Positions 38,496 through 50,953 of a stretch of 64,000 bases of DNA are shown here, piece by piece. The position numbers and the translations under genes are program-made. The stretch lies in contig NC_079167.1 of the NCBI RefSeq assembly GCF_947568905.1, forward strand, positions 15,500,001 to 15,564,000, read 5' to 3'. Below the pieces are notes generated by a model that was given only the letters and a program-made list of their open reading frames with translations, was not told the DNA's origin and did not search any database. The stretch comes from Ostrea edulis. Lineage: Eukaryota. Position 1 is the first letter of the stretch. Every line of letters starts with the position of its first letter.

Positions 38496-41400
38496 AACCA
38501 TAAGAATGGAGTTGCAATCATTATGAGTAAAGATGCTAGTAAAGGACTTATCGGTTGGAAACCTATAAACGACAGACTAATAACAGCGAGATTTAATACC
38601 AACTATGGAAAACTGTCCATAATACAGTGCTATGCACCAACAAACGAATATACTGATGAAATGAAAGAGGAGTTTTATAACACATTGATTCTCTTAATCC
38701 AAGAAGTGCCAAAACACGATGTTTTGATGGTAATGGGAGACTTGAATGCTAAAGTTGGGCAAGATAACACTGGATTTGAGAACATTGTGGGAAAAGAAGC
38801 AGTTGGTTTAATCAACGATAACGGTGAACGACTTATAGAAATGTGTGTAACAAACAACCTAGTTATTGGTGGATCATTATTCCAACATAAGAATATACAC
38901 AAGACAACTTGGACATCGCCATCGGGAAGATCACATAATCAGATCGCTCACATCATGATAAACAGCAATTGGAGAACATCCGTCCAAGATGTGAGAGCTA
39001 TGAGAGGTGCTGACGTCTTCAGCGATCACAATTTGTTAGTAGCTAAAATTAAAGTTACAACAAATACCATTAGAAGTCAAGCGATGAAGGAACTAAAGCC
39101 ACCTTAAAGGAAAACTACGCCCCAACAAATAAAAACATTAAGAAAAGTGCACGAGCAGATAAAAATCATTATTTTGAAAGAAAAGCAGAAGAAGCAGATT
39201 ATGCGGCTAGACAAGGAGATCTTAAGACATTGTATAAGATTACTAAGCAGCTATCAGGCAACATACAAAACATGTCATCGTCAGTAAGAGATAAGGATGG
39301 AAAGCAGGTCAGTGGAGAGGAAGAACAGAGGAAAAGATGGAAAGAACATTTTGAAGAAGTTTTAAACAGAGGAACACCCGAAACACTACCAGATCTAAAC
39401 CACATAGAAACAGACGAGATAGAACAACTAGACATTAATCTTGGTGAAATTACAAAACAGGAAATTTGTTTTGCAATCAGAAAACTTAAATCAGGGAAGT
39501 CACCTGGAGTAGATGGAATCACAGCGGAAATGTTGAAAGTTGACGAAGTCTTCAATGCACACATGATGATTGACTTACTTAACACTGTTTGGACAAGTAA
39601 AAAGGTACCATTTGAATGGAAGAAAGGTGTCATCATAAAGCTTCCAAAAAAGGGTGATTTAACATTATGTGGAAATTGGAGAGGAATAACATTACTATCT
39701 GTTCCTGGTAAAATACTCTGTAAAATAATACTCGAAAGACTAAGGGATGCCATTGACCTGAAACTGAGAGAAGAAAAAGCTGGATTTAGAAGAAGTAGAT
39801 CCTGTACATATCATATTTTCACACTCCGTAACATCATTGAACAAGCTTTAGAATGGAGATCTACCATCTATTTAAACTTTGTCGACTTTGGAAATGCGTT
39901 TGACAGTATCCATAGAGAGACATTATGGGAAATCTTGAAATCTTATGGAATTCCAACAAAAATTATTGATATCATCAAGGATATGTATAATGGATATTGC
40001 TGCACAGTGAGACATGAGGGTAAACACTCAGAATGGTTCAACATCACATCTGGAGTAAGACAAGGATGTATCCTTTCTCCCTTTCTGTTCCTGATTACTG
40101 TAGACTGGATAATGAGAAAAATTACTAGAGAAAAAAGAGGTCTGCAATGGACACTTACATCTAGCCTTGAAGATCTTGATTTTGCAGACGATATTTGCCT
40201 CTTATCACACACACACAACCGGATATGCAAAGTAAAACATCTGAATTGCAATCTGAAGCATCAAGATTAGGACTGAAGATAAACTCTAAGAAAACAAAGA
40301 TAATGACAATCAATCCAAAGAACAGAAATACCATCAAGTTAAATGATACTGATTTAGAACAAGTTGAAAACTTCTGCTATCTTGGAAGCACGCTAGCGAA
40401 TAATGGTGACATTGGAGCAGAAGTTAAGATCGGGATAGGAAAGGCAGCGACAGCATTTAAAAGGCTAGATAACATCTGGAAAGCTAGAAGAATTGCAAAG
40501 GAAATTAAGATCAAACTATATAATAGTAATGTAAGAACTGTATTGCTCTATGGAAGTGAAACATGGAAGACAAACAAATTAATAGAATCAAAATTAAGAG
40601 GATTTGAAGGAAGATGTCTCAGAAAAATTCTTAAAGCACAATGGCCACAAATAATTTCAAACAAAGAAGTAGAGGAAAGAACTGGAGTTGGAGACATCAA
40701 TACAGAAATTAAACGGCGACGATGGAGGTGGATAGGGCATGTCCAGAGAATGGAAAGCAACATACATCCAAAAATAGGCTTTAGATGGACACCACAAGGG
40801 CAGAGAAAAGGGGGAAGACCTAAAGGAACTTGGAGAAGAACTGTAGAAGCAGAAATGAAAACAATTGGAATAACAATGGGAGAGGCAGAAAGAAAGGCAC
40901 AAGACAGAGACAGATGGCGAGCAGCTGTGGAAGCCTTATGCACTGACCAGTGTGAAGAGGACTAAGTAAGTAAGTAAGTGATCCGATTGTACAATCTTCA
41001 CCAGAGGGCGTGTTACGCTACGCTACACCACTATTATTAGTGGAGCATAGCGGGAACGATAATTCGGGGGTAGAGATTGCTCATATATTGTACTGTGTCG
41101 AATCATAATGACGTTGAACTATCTATATGACGTCAATGCTTTAAAAAAGGACTATGTGAAGATTCTAAGAATGATTTTATAATCAAATCATCGATATAAT
41201 GAAAATAAGGGATAGCCAAAATGAGAAGAAATTGAAGCTTCTCTTTCTTTTTCTCTTTTCCCCTTTTTTTCATATATTATTGTAATAATTGGTATATGAC
41301 TTAATATACTTAGAATTTTTCTCACTTGTAACATGATATAAGGCTTTTGGCTTGCTTCTCAATTTATTATAATGGACTGTATATAAACATTAATATCAAC

Positions 41401-42476
41401 TTATTTCTGAATAAAATATTGTTTAATTTGTGCTAAGCTTGACACTTTTGCACTTAGAATTTACATTCACGTTGCATATGCTCGTTCAATATAATAGTAT
41501 TGAAAATAAAGTAACAATCAAAGAAAAGAAGATACTAATTGGCCCAAAAAAGGCATTAACAGTGTCATTTCAACATTTCCTCCAATATCACGCATAACTG
41601 CGTATTTTGCAAAGTGAACGTTGCTTTCCTTTCCGTACCAATATGGCTTCCGCTTCGCACCTGGTCAGTCCCAGAGACGCATCAAATCTGACACGCTGGT
41701 GACTTCTATCGTCAATCGCCTTGTATTTTCAGATATCACCTAAAAACGAAGCGCCTTTGTCACGGTAGGCCTTGGCACGGTAAAGAACTCTCACTGCTTT
41801 ATAGGGCCATGTTTAGGTCAAAATCTGAAGCTGGTGAGTGAGACGTTCTGGAATGAGATGTAGAACAACACACAAAGAAACAAATGCGCAAACCATCACT
41901 TATCTCCTAGATGTTGTTTTGTACCGAATTTTGAATACTGGAAGACGTAACAACGCTTAATAATAATATTCCTTATGGTTGTAAACAGAGATGTTATATC
42001 CATAAAGGGTTAGAGCCCCAGAAGAAAAATCATTTGGGTTTTTGCGGTTTTCATATTGATATTACAGGGGGGGGGGGGGCTTAGGGCGGACCCCTACCCC
42101 ACCTTGGATCTGTCCATGTCAAGAACCAATCCGAAATCCCGATGCACACAAAGTGCATTCGAAGAGCCATAACTCTGTACTGAAACGCTTAATTGACAGT
42201 GTACAAATTGCATACACAAGAATCTATCTATCATTGTCGGCTTCATAAAAACAAAATTAAAAACCAAAAATTAATTGCTGTTGTCCGATGTGCACAATCA
42301 TTTGATGAGATAGTCGACTACATGTAATTAGTGGTGCTGTTGTAGTCAATTTCGGAAACCTAATAGAGTAGTGACGTAATGGATACGCTAGTATTACACT
42401 ATTTTCCATCCCGCTGAATGCTAAGAGGCACCAGTCTATCCACCACTGTTCAATACTTACAACTACACTGATGAAT

Positions 42477-42600
42477 TGACCACTAGGATGTGCCCGTAGG
42501 TACACGCTATTACCGACGAGCTGACCACTAGGATGTGCCCGTAGGTACACGCTGTTACCAATGAGTTGACCACTGGGATATGTCCATAAGTATACAACAT
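42477..42600. repeat. 45-bp tandem repeat x~3
   Basis: CACT(A/G)GGAT at 42481, 42526 and 42571. Confidence 0.7.
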
Positions 42601-43329
42601 CTCCTTGGTTAGCCCTGAACAACAGCCACATATGGGGTAGATCTCGCGTGGCTCGCTCCCTGGGCGTTCATCACTGATGTTGACAAAGGTATGAAGAAGA
42701 CAATAAAACAATCACACGTGCACCTTCACCGTGTCAAACCGTTACTTTGGGGGAGTCGCAAAAAAGAACCAGGGGGATCGCTTTTAACGGCAGAGGGAGT
42801 CGATTTTCTTCGCTTCGAAATTCGCCGAAAAGTAGGTCACGGGTTTTTGTTGCATTTATAACTAGTATTTGCACAAATGCTATATTGCACGGAACAATAC
42901 GATAAATAAGCTAAATGTACATCGGAAGTTTGCAAGACTTAACCATCTGGTACGCTCAGACACTTCGGATCTATTTGCAGAATTAATAAATTTTGCTACA
43001 TTGATGAAAAAAAATATGCATTAATGAATATTTAAGCAGTATGACTAGATAATAGGTGATCTAAATGTATTATTATTTGACAATCTTTATTGTTTGACAA
43101 TCAGAATTTGGAAAATACTCGTTTAAAGATTGCAAGAAGACGATTTCTTATTTCAATGCAAAGGTAACGGAGGGGGGAGTCGAACTTTGTTAATGATTAA
43201 GAAAGGGGGAGTCGCAAAATACTTTGGATTCAAAGAAAAAAAAATATGGTGCACGATATACTTTTACCTGTTTATTTTATTTAAAGATACTTTTTAATTT
43301 ATGTTTGCATGGATTATTCGATGATATAG

Positions 43330-43700
43330 ATGGAGGAGCATATTATTAGCGAGATGGTGGAAATAATACCACAACTGGCCTTTGAATGCGCAATTTGTAA
43401 AAAGACTTATAAACTGGAAGGTAGTCTGCACAGGCACCTACAGTCCCATAACGATGGAAATCAATTCCAGTGTCATTGGGGGAAATCATTTTCACTATTT
43501 ACTGAAAAGACATAAAAAAAAACCATGATGAAGCAAATAAAAAGAAACTTATTTGTGAAGTGTGTGGAGCTTCATTTACAAGTTCAGGGGCCTTGAGTGA
43601 CCACATGAAATTCAAACATAAAAATGAGGGATACTTGTATACCCATTGTGAGAAGAGAAGAGTTTCATAGACACATACCAATTAAGGAGGCATTTAGCAT
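43330..43700 (+). pseudogene. Degenerate C2H2 zinc-finger array (3-4 fingers)
   Basis: CAICKKTYKLEGSLHRHLQSH, then a frameshifted QCHWGKSF/YLLKRHKKNH, then CEVCGASFTSSGALSDHMKFKH and a broken fourth finger. Confidence 0.6.
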
Positions 43701-43789
43701 TTAGGACTTTCCACACTTTGGGCACGAAATGGTTGCAGTAGCCGAATGCTTAGCAATGCGTTAACTACTGGGATATGCGAAAATCTTGA

Positions 43790-44100
43790 TCTATATTCGA
43801 TAATCTGGTTTTTTATAATTATGGCGTGTAAAACATTCTGATGTATGTTCGATAATCTTGTAGTGTATGTTCAATATCTTGTGATGCATGTTCAATATCT
43901 TGTGATGTATATTCGATAATCTTGTGATGTATATTCGATAATCTTGTGATGCATATTCGATAATCTTTTGGTGCATATTCTATATCTTGTGAAATATACA
44001 TACGTTCGACAATCTTGTGATGTATGTGCAATAATTGCACTGTGGGTAATGTGACGCAACAGCGTTCTATTAAAGTAATACGATTATCGAATATACATCA
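43790..44100. repeat. ~20-bp AT-rich subrepeat tract (TATTCGATAATCTTGTGATG)
   Basis: Visible tandem modules. The same motif family occurs at 57865-57957, 58530-58670 and, inverted, at 59620-59740. Confidence 0.7.
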
Positions 44101-44149
44101 CATGAAACGGAGGCGCTTCCTTTCTTGGTGAAGTAAGTCGTCCACGATT

Positions 44150-45170
44150 CACTGTCGTATAGTAGAGCACTGAGGACATACATCCATCTTGGTTGGGATT
44201 GTAGTGTGCTTGTTTTCCCAGACTTTCTTTGCAAGTCTCGCTAGAGTTGTCAATGCCTTGCTTAGCTCTACGTCCAGTGACAGGGTATATTTGTTGCAGT
44301 GGAACAGAGTTACTGAAACTGGTTTACTACTTCCAGTTCCTCTCCATTCACAGTTACTTGCGGGGGGCCCGGCGTTGCTACCCATGACCTGCGTTTTCTT
44401 TTGGCTAATTATCAGTCCAAAGAGGTCGGATGCTTTGGAGAACTTGTCCATCAATCTCTGAAGTCCTTGCTGGTTGTGGGAAGCTACTGTGGCGTCATTA
44501 GCACATAGCATATGTCCTTGATGAGGATTTCTCCTACCTTCGTTTTCTCACGGAGTCTGCCGATGTTGAACAAGCTGCCGTCCGAACTTGAATGGAGGTA
44601 AACACTATCTGTTGAGGCAAAAGCCATGCTTCAATAGAAGCGCAAATAATATGCCAAATAATATAGGAGCAAGAACACAATCTTGGTTTTTACCACTCTT
44701 AACCCCGAATTCAACCAATGTTTAACCATCAAATTGTACTGTGCTCAACATGCCATCGTGAAATGATCTCCACTATGCTTTATGAGCTTGAGGAGCTTTG
44801 CATTTGGCGTCAATCAAAGGGCTGAATTCATTGGAATTGACACCGAGCCAGTAATTGTTTGTTTTACTTTTTCTTTCCCAAAACAGTAAGAGCTGTGTTG
44901 TGGGTAGTGTTTCTTAGGTTTTTTCATTGCTCTGTTGCAGAAACATTGAAGTTTTTCTGGAAAATTGATGAAAAGCTAGAGACAATCTCTTTTGAGAACT
45001 CTGACCACTGTGTTTTGCTCACATCGATTTTTGGGGTGCCGTTTGCTTCGAGCTTCTCTATTATGAATTTTGTCGAAGATTATGCTATAGACGTTGAGCT
45101 AAATATGAAAAAGAACTTGATACATTGTCAGAATGGATTAAAAGTGCAAGAGGAATTTTAAAATCCCGCA
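44150..45170 (-). mobile_element. Degenerate RTE-clade LINE fragment
   Basis: Minus strand gives the linker GTPKIDVSK...NLRNTTHNTALTVLGKKK and RT pieces QDCVLAPILFGIYF and MLCANDATVASHNQQGLQRLMDKFSKASDLFGLIISQKKTQVM. Confidence 0.7.
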
Positions 45171-45229
45171 TTAGACACGTCAAAACAAAAGTACGTACCA
45201 TATATCCTTCTGTGTTTAGTTAACCAGAA

Positions 45230-46105
45230 GTGATCAAAGAATTAGATAGGTTACGTGAGGAATATGTTTTGGTTCCAGCTGACAAAGCTTGTAACAACAT
45301 TGTCTTTGTTTGTAAGGCTCATTATTACAACTGTATTTTAAACGAACTTGGAATTAATTCCACTTTTGGTAATCATACTTGTACTCCAACTGCACTTTCA
45401 TAAGGTGAAATTCTTCAAAACATGGTTCAGTTTTAGACACATTTAATATTCCAGTCAATGGATCGGATGAATGGAAGGTGAAGATAACGAATAGTAATCA
45501 ATCTCATAACTCCTATAAGCAATACAAAATAGAGAGTTTGGGCAAACACGTACTCCTGGATATACCAGAGGTGGGATCCGGTTCCTAAGAGGAGTAAGTA
45601 TCATCCGTAGTCAAAATCAGTGTGTCAAGAACGGCCTAACAATCGGCATGAAACAAGTAAACATGTATATGGTGTTTATACCTCTAAGTTGATTCGATAC
45701 GCAAGAGCTTGTTCTGCTTATATGGTCAGTTTTTAAATCGAAGCAGGCTACTGATAAACAGGTTGATAATGCAGGGGTTTCAACAGTTTCATTAAAGTCG
45801 GCATTTCGCAAATTATATGGTCGTTATAACGATCTAGTTTGCCAATACAACCTATCATTGGGTCAAATGCTGTCTGACTTGTTTCATACCAATTGTAAGG
45901 ACGTTCTTGACACACTAATTTTGACTACCGATAACTCCGTTTACCTGATCAAGATATAGGGCTCACGGCGGGTGTGACCGGTCGACAGTGGGTTCTTACT
46001 CCTCATAGTCATCTGATCCCACTTCTGGTATATCCAGGGGTCCATGTTTACCCACTTCTCTAATTTGTATTGCTTGTAGGAGTTATGAGATTGATCACTG
46101 TTCAT
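45230..46105 (+). mobile_element. Rearranged Penelope-like element (probably Naiad/Chlamys group) with an inverted pLTR segment
   Basis: 45230-45420 reads PEVIKELDRLREEYVLVPADKACNNIVFVCKAHYYNC. 45474-45655 is an inverted copy of the 3' end. 45660-45900 reads YGVYTSKLIRYARACS...LKSAFRKLYGRYNDLVCQYN, followed by the 3' repeat. Confidence 0.65.
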
Positions 46106-48368
46106 AACAAATTTCATGAAATGCTCCGTGTGTAGCCTTTATCTTACAGCACACAAGGGAGAGGTCTGTGTCACAGTCAGCGCTGTAAAAAGTTCTGGTG
46201 ACAATAACCTGTTTGAGACCTCTACGTCTGGTAAGGACGAGGTCAAGCTGGTCAAGCTGGTGCTAATGTTTGGACCTCGGATGTTTCCAGGACACTCTGT
46301 GGTGAAGTATGTATGATAGGAGCAGAGTTCTTGAAAGTAAAAGAAAGAATTGTAACCATGTCCATGGTGTATTTACAACACATCAGACTTTCAAGGTCTT
46401 CAAAAGATTGTCCGATTTCCTTCAATTCTTAAATAATGGCAATTATGTAGCACTGGCAATCTCTCTGACTGCTAACTTCAAAGTGATTTAAATTTACAGA
46501 ATAAAACTCTCAAGAACTTTGACCTTCAAGACCTTCCAATAAAATTCCAGGAATACTTACAGTGACCAATCAAAGACTACTGACCTCTAAACTAGTCCTC
46601 TGCCTATACTTGTCTTGAATGAATAAAACACTAAAGACAACTCTTATTCTAAAGAAAGATAACTCTGGTTATACTTCAGTAATAGAAACATGCAGTGCTG
46701 GTTAGTAATATGTACATGTATTTTATATAAGTAATAAATTTGTATTATTTATTTACAAGTATTTAATTGGTATATCAATACTTAATTTTAGATTATTTTA
46801 AGTTTAAAAACACTTCAAAATAATACATTATCACATCAATATACATGTATATAGTTTTCAGTTTTTCACATTGCAACGGACAGTGTAGAGGGAATTTATA
46901 CTGCCTCGATCGCTAGTGATCTAGCATTTCTAGTGATGTGGTATAGTCTCTCTCGTTAAACAATATAGTGGCAGCGTAGTGACTCAGATGTTTGATGGGA
47001 GGCTCTCTTCAGGTAGAGTCTCTTCGGAGCTTTGGGTACGAACATGGTTTCGTCCAGGGACGACGGGTGATTGTTGTCGGTAACGGCGGATGCCGTTGTT
47101 AAAGAGGTGCCAAACATTCAGAGAGAACTTACACTAGACTGGGGGACGAAACTTCCCAAGCTGGGAAAGTGTAGCGAACAGTATGGAGGGATGTTATGGT
47201 GGCAGGGGACAGTTTCTTTGGTTTTGAAACATGTGGATAGGGGGTATACACCAAAGTCAGATTATGACAGACTAATGAAAAATCATATTTCCATTTTATG
47301 TCAATACTTGTATTTCATATTAGTGTAGTTAATAAATTATTACCCTAAATTACATGTAATCTATAAATACTGGTGCTGGTGCACAAAACATGCTCTGAGC
47401 AGGTTCCCCTTTTTTGCTTTGATTTTCCCTCATTTGGGCTAATCCGCACCACCCCCACACCATCACAGTACCAAACATGGGGATTTAGACACTGTGCACA
47501 ATCAAGAACCCTATCTGCCCTTCTCAAAAATCTACCTCTCATATGGGGCCATCCACCTTCCCTCACAGCTACAGACCTTTTGCTGGACCCTGCATGTTTT
47601 CACCGGAATTTCTTCAGCAACTGACCACGTGTCTTAGTTTCGTATTTGCACCCATCTATATGCTAGGAATCATGGTGACACCTACATGTTGTATATCAAC
47701 ATTTTTATTAAGCACTCAGCTACATTTGACATGCATCCTAAAATTATTGTATACATTTTTACACATGTAATATCACTTCAAATACGGGGTAATTCCATTT
47801 TTTGAAAAAGTTGACCGGGCCTATAGTGCCGGGCCTATAGTGCCAAACTGTCCCCTGCTACCTATACTGTCTCACTATAGAGTTAGCTTTTCTAGTGTTG
47901 TAGTAGAGTCACTTAAGCAACGGCTAGCGTGATAGGTATATATAGACGTCGCGCACGGTACTGGTGTTACTTTCATACGTGCATTAGAAAATGTTTCCGC
48001 TATGTTTACACAGTTGTATATTTTGTGGATTATTAAAGTCGTATACATCAATGGCAAGGAAAATATATAAATAATGATAATAGCTTATATAAAATATAAT
48101 TTACACGCATTTCATTAGCAATAAATACACGCAGATGTCGTCATTTTTCGTTGTCCCGCGTTACATGAAATACGCATACGCTTTATCCACAGATTAATAA
48201 AATGATTGATTTTGTCCCAAATAACGTAAGAATTGGTGTATGATTGTGACGTCCTTATCTAAAAACCATAAACCAATTACTTTAAACATTTAGTTCATAG
48301 AATTGATATAGCGACCTTAAAAATGGCAAAGACAGTGCCTGTCAGTGGTGTCCCGTGTTTGTAGATAG

Positions 48369-49142
48369 TGTGATGAAAGTATTGTAAGGTGGATTGAAAC
48401 ATACTTTATGATAGACCAATCAGATGGTGTAATTCTTATCCAATCAGCATTGTTTAGCCATCCAATCATAATCTTAGTATAAGTAGCCAATCATTGTTGA
48501 TCAACCTAAGACCAAAGGGTATAAATAGAGCCGTCCTGTCATCTTTAGTTTTTTTGTTGGAACTCGAACTCGATTGAGGTCTTTTGACTGGTAGTATTGA
48601 GTTGGTATTCAGGACAAGCTTGGGGTTGTGTCGGAAAGCAACAGAATTGTTAGCTAGGCCACTCAGCTCCTACACTTGGTCCTTTGTGCCTTTGTGACTT
48701 TAGAATTCTGTCTTGGTGACTTGTTTCAGGGATAGTGTCTCGGTGACTTTCCCAGGTGATAGGACGGTAGAGAGCTTAGGTTAGGTGGCTGCAGACTGTG
48801 TCGGGAAACAACAGAATTGTTTGTTATACCACTCAGTCTGTAGCTACTTAAGTTATACATGTATTTGTGATTTCTCGTATCGATTAGTCTGATTATTTTT
48901 TACTATTAGCTCATGGTTTGTTTAATGATCAACCAAGTAGGACCAAGGAAAATATTATTCCGGGTTTTAGTCAGTTAGCCTATCCTGGTTTATTTATTAA
49001 CGTTAATGTTATTGTTCCTGTTCGTCTGCAACGAAGATAGATACGTGACAGTAAGTGTATTATAATTGAACTTAATTTCTTAGGAAGGAAACCTAAGCGA
49101 ACTCATTGATTTTCTGATCATTTATTAGGTAAATACGTTACA
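48369..49142 (+). repeat. 5' LTR
   Basis: Matches 55156-55929 with about six substitutions counted by eye. Confidence 0.95.
48416..48527 (+). promoter_or_regulatory. LTR promoter: four CCAATCA boxes and a TATA box
   Basis: CCAAT at 48416, 48440, 48462 and 48487; TATAAATA at 48520-48527. Confidence 0.65.
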
Positions 49143-49147
49143 TAATT

Positions 49148-49160
49148 TGGTGGCAGCGGT
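49148..49160 (+). other. Primer-binding site complementary to the tRNA-Leu 3' end
   Basis: TGGTGGCAGCGGT, 5 nt after the LTR, is the complement of ...ACCGCUGCCACCA (tRNA-Leu type, from memory). Confidence 0.75.
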
Positions 49161-49246
49161 TAAAGGAAAATTAAGTTTCATTGTTAGTTTTGATCATTGA
49201 TATTGCTGTATAGGCATCACTGTTGTTTTTCTTTGTTGACGGAGAC

Positions 49247-50953
49247 ATGTCTAATATCGACGAAATTGACAGAGAAATAACTCTGATTGAGAAACAGTTG
49301 GCGGAATTAAAAAGTGAGAGTTTTGATATGCGTAACACTACAAAAACAGCAAGTGCTGATGTAGAGTCGGGTAAAACTTTTACCCCTGTGTTACATCCTG
49401 ACACACGACCTCGAGACTCGGGGTTTGTGTCTAATAGAACATCTGAAATAGATTATCATGGTGATGTCAAACCTAAATTACGCTCGACTGAAAGGGTTAG
49501 ATTTCAAATTGATGATACAAAATGCGGCACTGAAGATGTCTCATACAGTAATGTTGAACACGGTAACCATGATTATTTTAGTCAAACATCAACACTTATT
49601 TCTCAGTATTTGCCGAAGTCAAATATAACACGCCGACGAAATATTCCGGGATACAACACTGCGCGTCTAGACGACAGGATCAACAATACTGGTTTTACAG
49701 ACACAGAAGACAAGAGATTAAAGTCTAACATTAAGCCAGCAACATTTGATGGCACGGGATCTTGGCTAGATTATCGTTCGCATTTTGATGCATGTGTCAT
49801 GTTAAATAGATGGACAGAACGTGATAAAGGTCTCTATTTAGCAGTTTCCCTACGTGGACAAGCACAAGGTGTGCTGGGAAACTTGCCTGGTACACATAAG
49901 CATGACTACACATTACTAGTTAATGCATTAGAAGAAAGGTTTGCACCTTCAAACCAAAATGAATTATATAGAACTCAGCTGCGACAGCGCAGACAAAAAG
50001 CAACAGAAACGTTGCCGGAACTAGGTCAGTCTATTAGAAGACTCACTAACCTAGCCTATCCAACGGCTCCAGGAGATGTTAAAGAGACCTTGGCAAAAGA
50101 GCAGTTCATCGATGCTCTTTTGGATTATGATATGAGAATGAGAGTAAAGCAAGCGAGACCGTCAAATCTAAACGATGCAATAAGACATGCCGTGGAACTA
50201 GAAGCGTCTGTAAAATCGGATCGTAAAGTGCTAGAATCACAAACTCATTTACGACCAATGCACTCAGAAAAGGCAGATACTAGCAAACGGAATCATACTG
50301 GTGTTGATTCTTTAAAAGCTAATGACCTGCTGGTTTTGAAAGACGAAATAGCGAAACTTCGAAAGGGAGTTAGTGAATTAAAGGCTAATACTTCGAGGAC
50401 TGGTACATACAAGAAAGTAGCAACTAATCCACATAACAGGCGATGTTATTTGTGTGGATCAGAGTATCATTATCGTGCTGACTGCCCACAAGAGGTAAAT
50501 CAGACCAATAATAAGCCAAGTAATCGAAATAAGAAACACCACAAACAAAGCACATTCAAGTGCATTACCTCTAAAAGAGCGCAAATAGGCGTCAACCAAA
50601 ATGACCTAGAAGTTGGCATGTATGTAAGAGCCAATGTTCACGGGGTAGAAACAAATTTGCTTATTGATACGGGAGCTACTTTGTCGGTGTTGTCCAATAG
50701 AATTTATCAAGTAATAGAAAAGAAACCTCTGTTGTATCACACTGATCAAAAGGTCGCCTCTGCGACTGGAACCGATCTGTCTGTCATAGGAAAAACGTCT
50801 CTCAATATCAACTTGGGCAATGTCATCTACAATCAAGATGTCATAGTAGCGGATTTATCTTTAGATGGTGTTATTGGATTGGATTTCATGAGGAAATATG
50901 ATTGCACAATTGATATCAAGAAAGGGAATTTTAAGATTGGCGACAAATGCTGA
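49247..50953 (+). CDS. Gag plus aspartic protease
   Basis: KPATFDGTGSWLDYRSHF...LAVSLRGQA capsid region, CCHC knuckle CYLCGSEYHYRADC and protease LLIDTGATLSVL. Confidence 0.9.
   Translation: MSNIDEIDREITLIEKQLAELKSESFDMRNTTKTASADVESGKTFTPVLHPDTRPRDSGFVSNRTSEIDYHGDVKPKLRSTERVRFQIDDTKCGTEDVSYSNVEHGNHDYFSQTSTLISQYLPKSNITRRRNIPGYNTARLDDRINNTGFTDTEDKRLKSNIKPATFDGTGSWLDYRSHFDACVMLNRWTERDKGLYLAVSLRGQAQGVLGNLPGTHKHDYTLLVNALEERFAPSNQNELYRTQLRQRRQKATETLPELGQSIRRLTNLAYPTAPGDVKETLAKEQFIDALLDYDMRMRVKQARPSNLNDAIRHAVELEASVKSDRKVLESQTHLRPMHSEKADTSKRNHTGVDSLKANDLLVLKDEIAKLRKGVSELKANTSRTGTYKKVATNPHNRRCYLCGSEYHYRADCPQEVNQTNNKPSNRNKKHHKQSTFKCITSKRAQIGVNQNDLEVGMYVRANVHGVETNLLIDTGATLSVLSNRIYQVIEKKPLLYHTDQKVASATGTDLSVIGKTSLNINLGNVIYNQDVIVADLSLDGVIGLDFMRKYDCTIDIKKGNFKIGDKC

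Larger units (their letters stand above)
37844..40977 (+). mobile_element. RTE-clade LINE with intact ends but an internal deletion and a frameshift
   Basis: 12-bp TSD GTGATCCGATTG at 37832-37843 and 40978-40989, with a (TAAG)4 tail. ORF pieces 37971-39107 (APE: CWNVRT, GISECRW, YAPT, MGDLNA, SDH), 39230-40270 (RT: GVRQGC, LDFADD) and 40195-40965 (RRRWRWIGH...GRPKGTW). Confidence 0.92.

Noticed and set aside
38212-40943. Antisense ORFs over the LINE and Gypsy coding regions (e.g. 39199-39753, 40548-40943, 53334-53678)
   Set aside because: They are shadow ORFs caused by codon bias of the sense strand and have no independent motifs.
42257-42711. Minus-strand ORFs with repeated LRAHPSGQ
   Set aside because: They are explained by a 45-bp tandem repeat and have no recognisable domain or splice context.
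45900-46105. Hammerhead ribozyme or SECIS in the Penelope-like 3' repeat
   Set aside because: No CTGANGA...GAAA core or AUGA/AA/GA SECIS pattern was found by eye.
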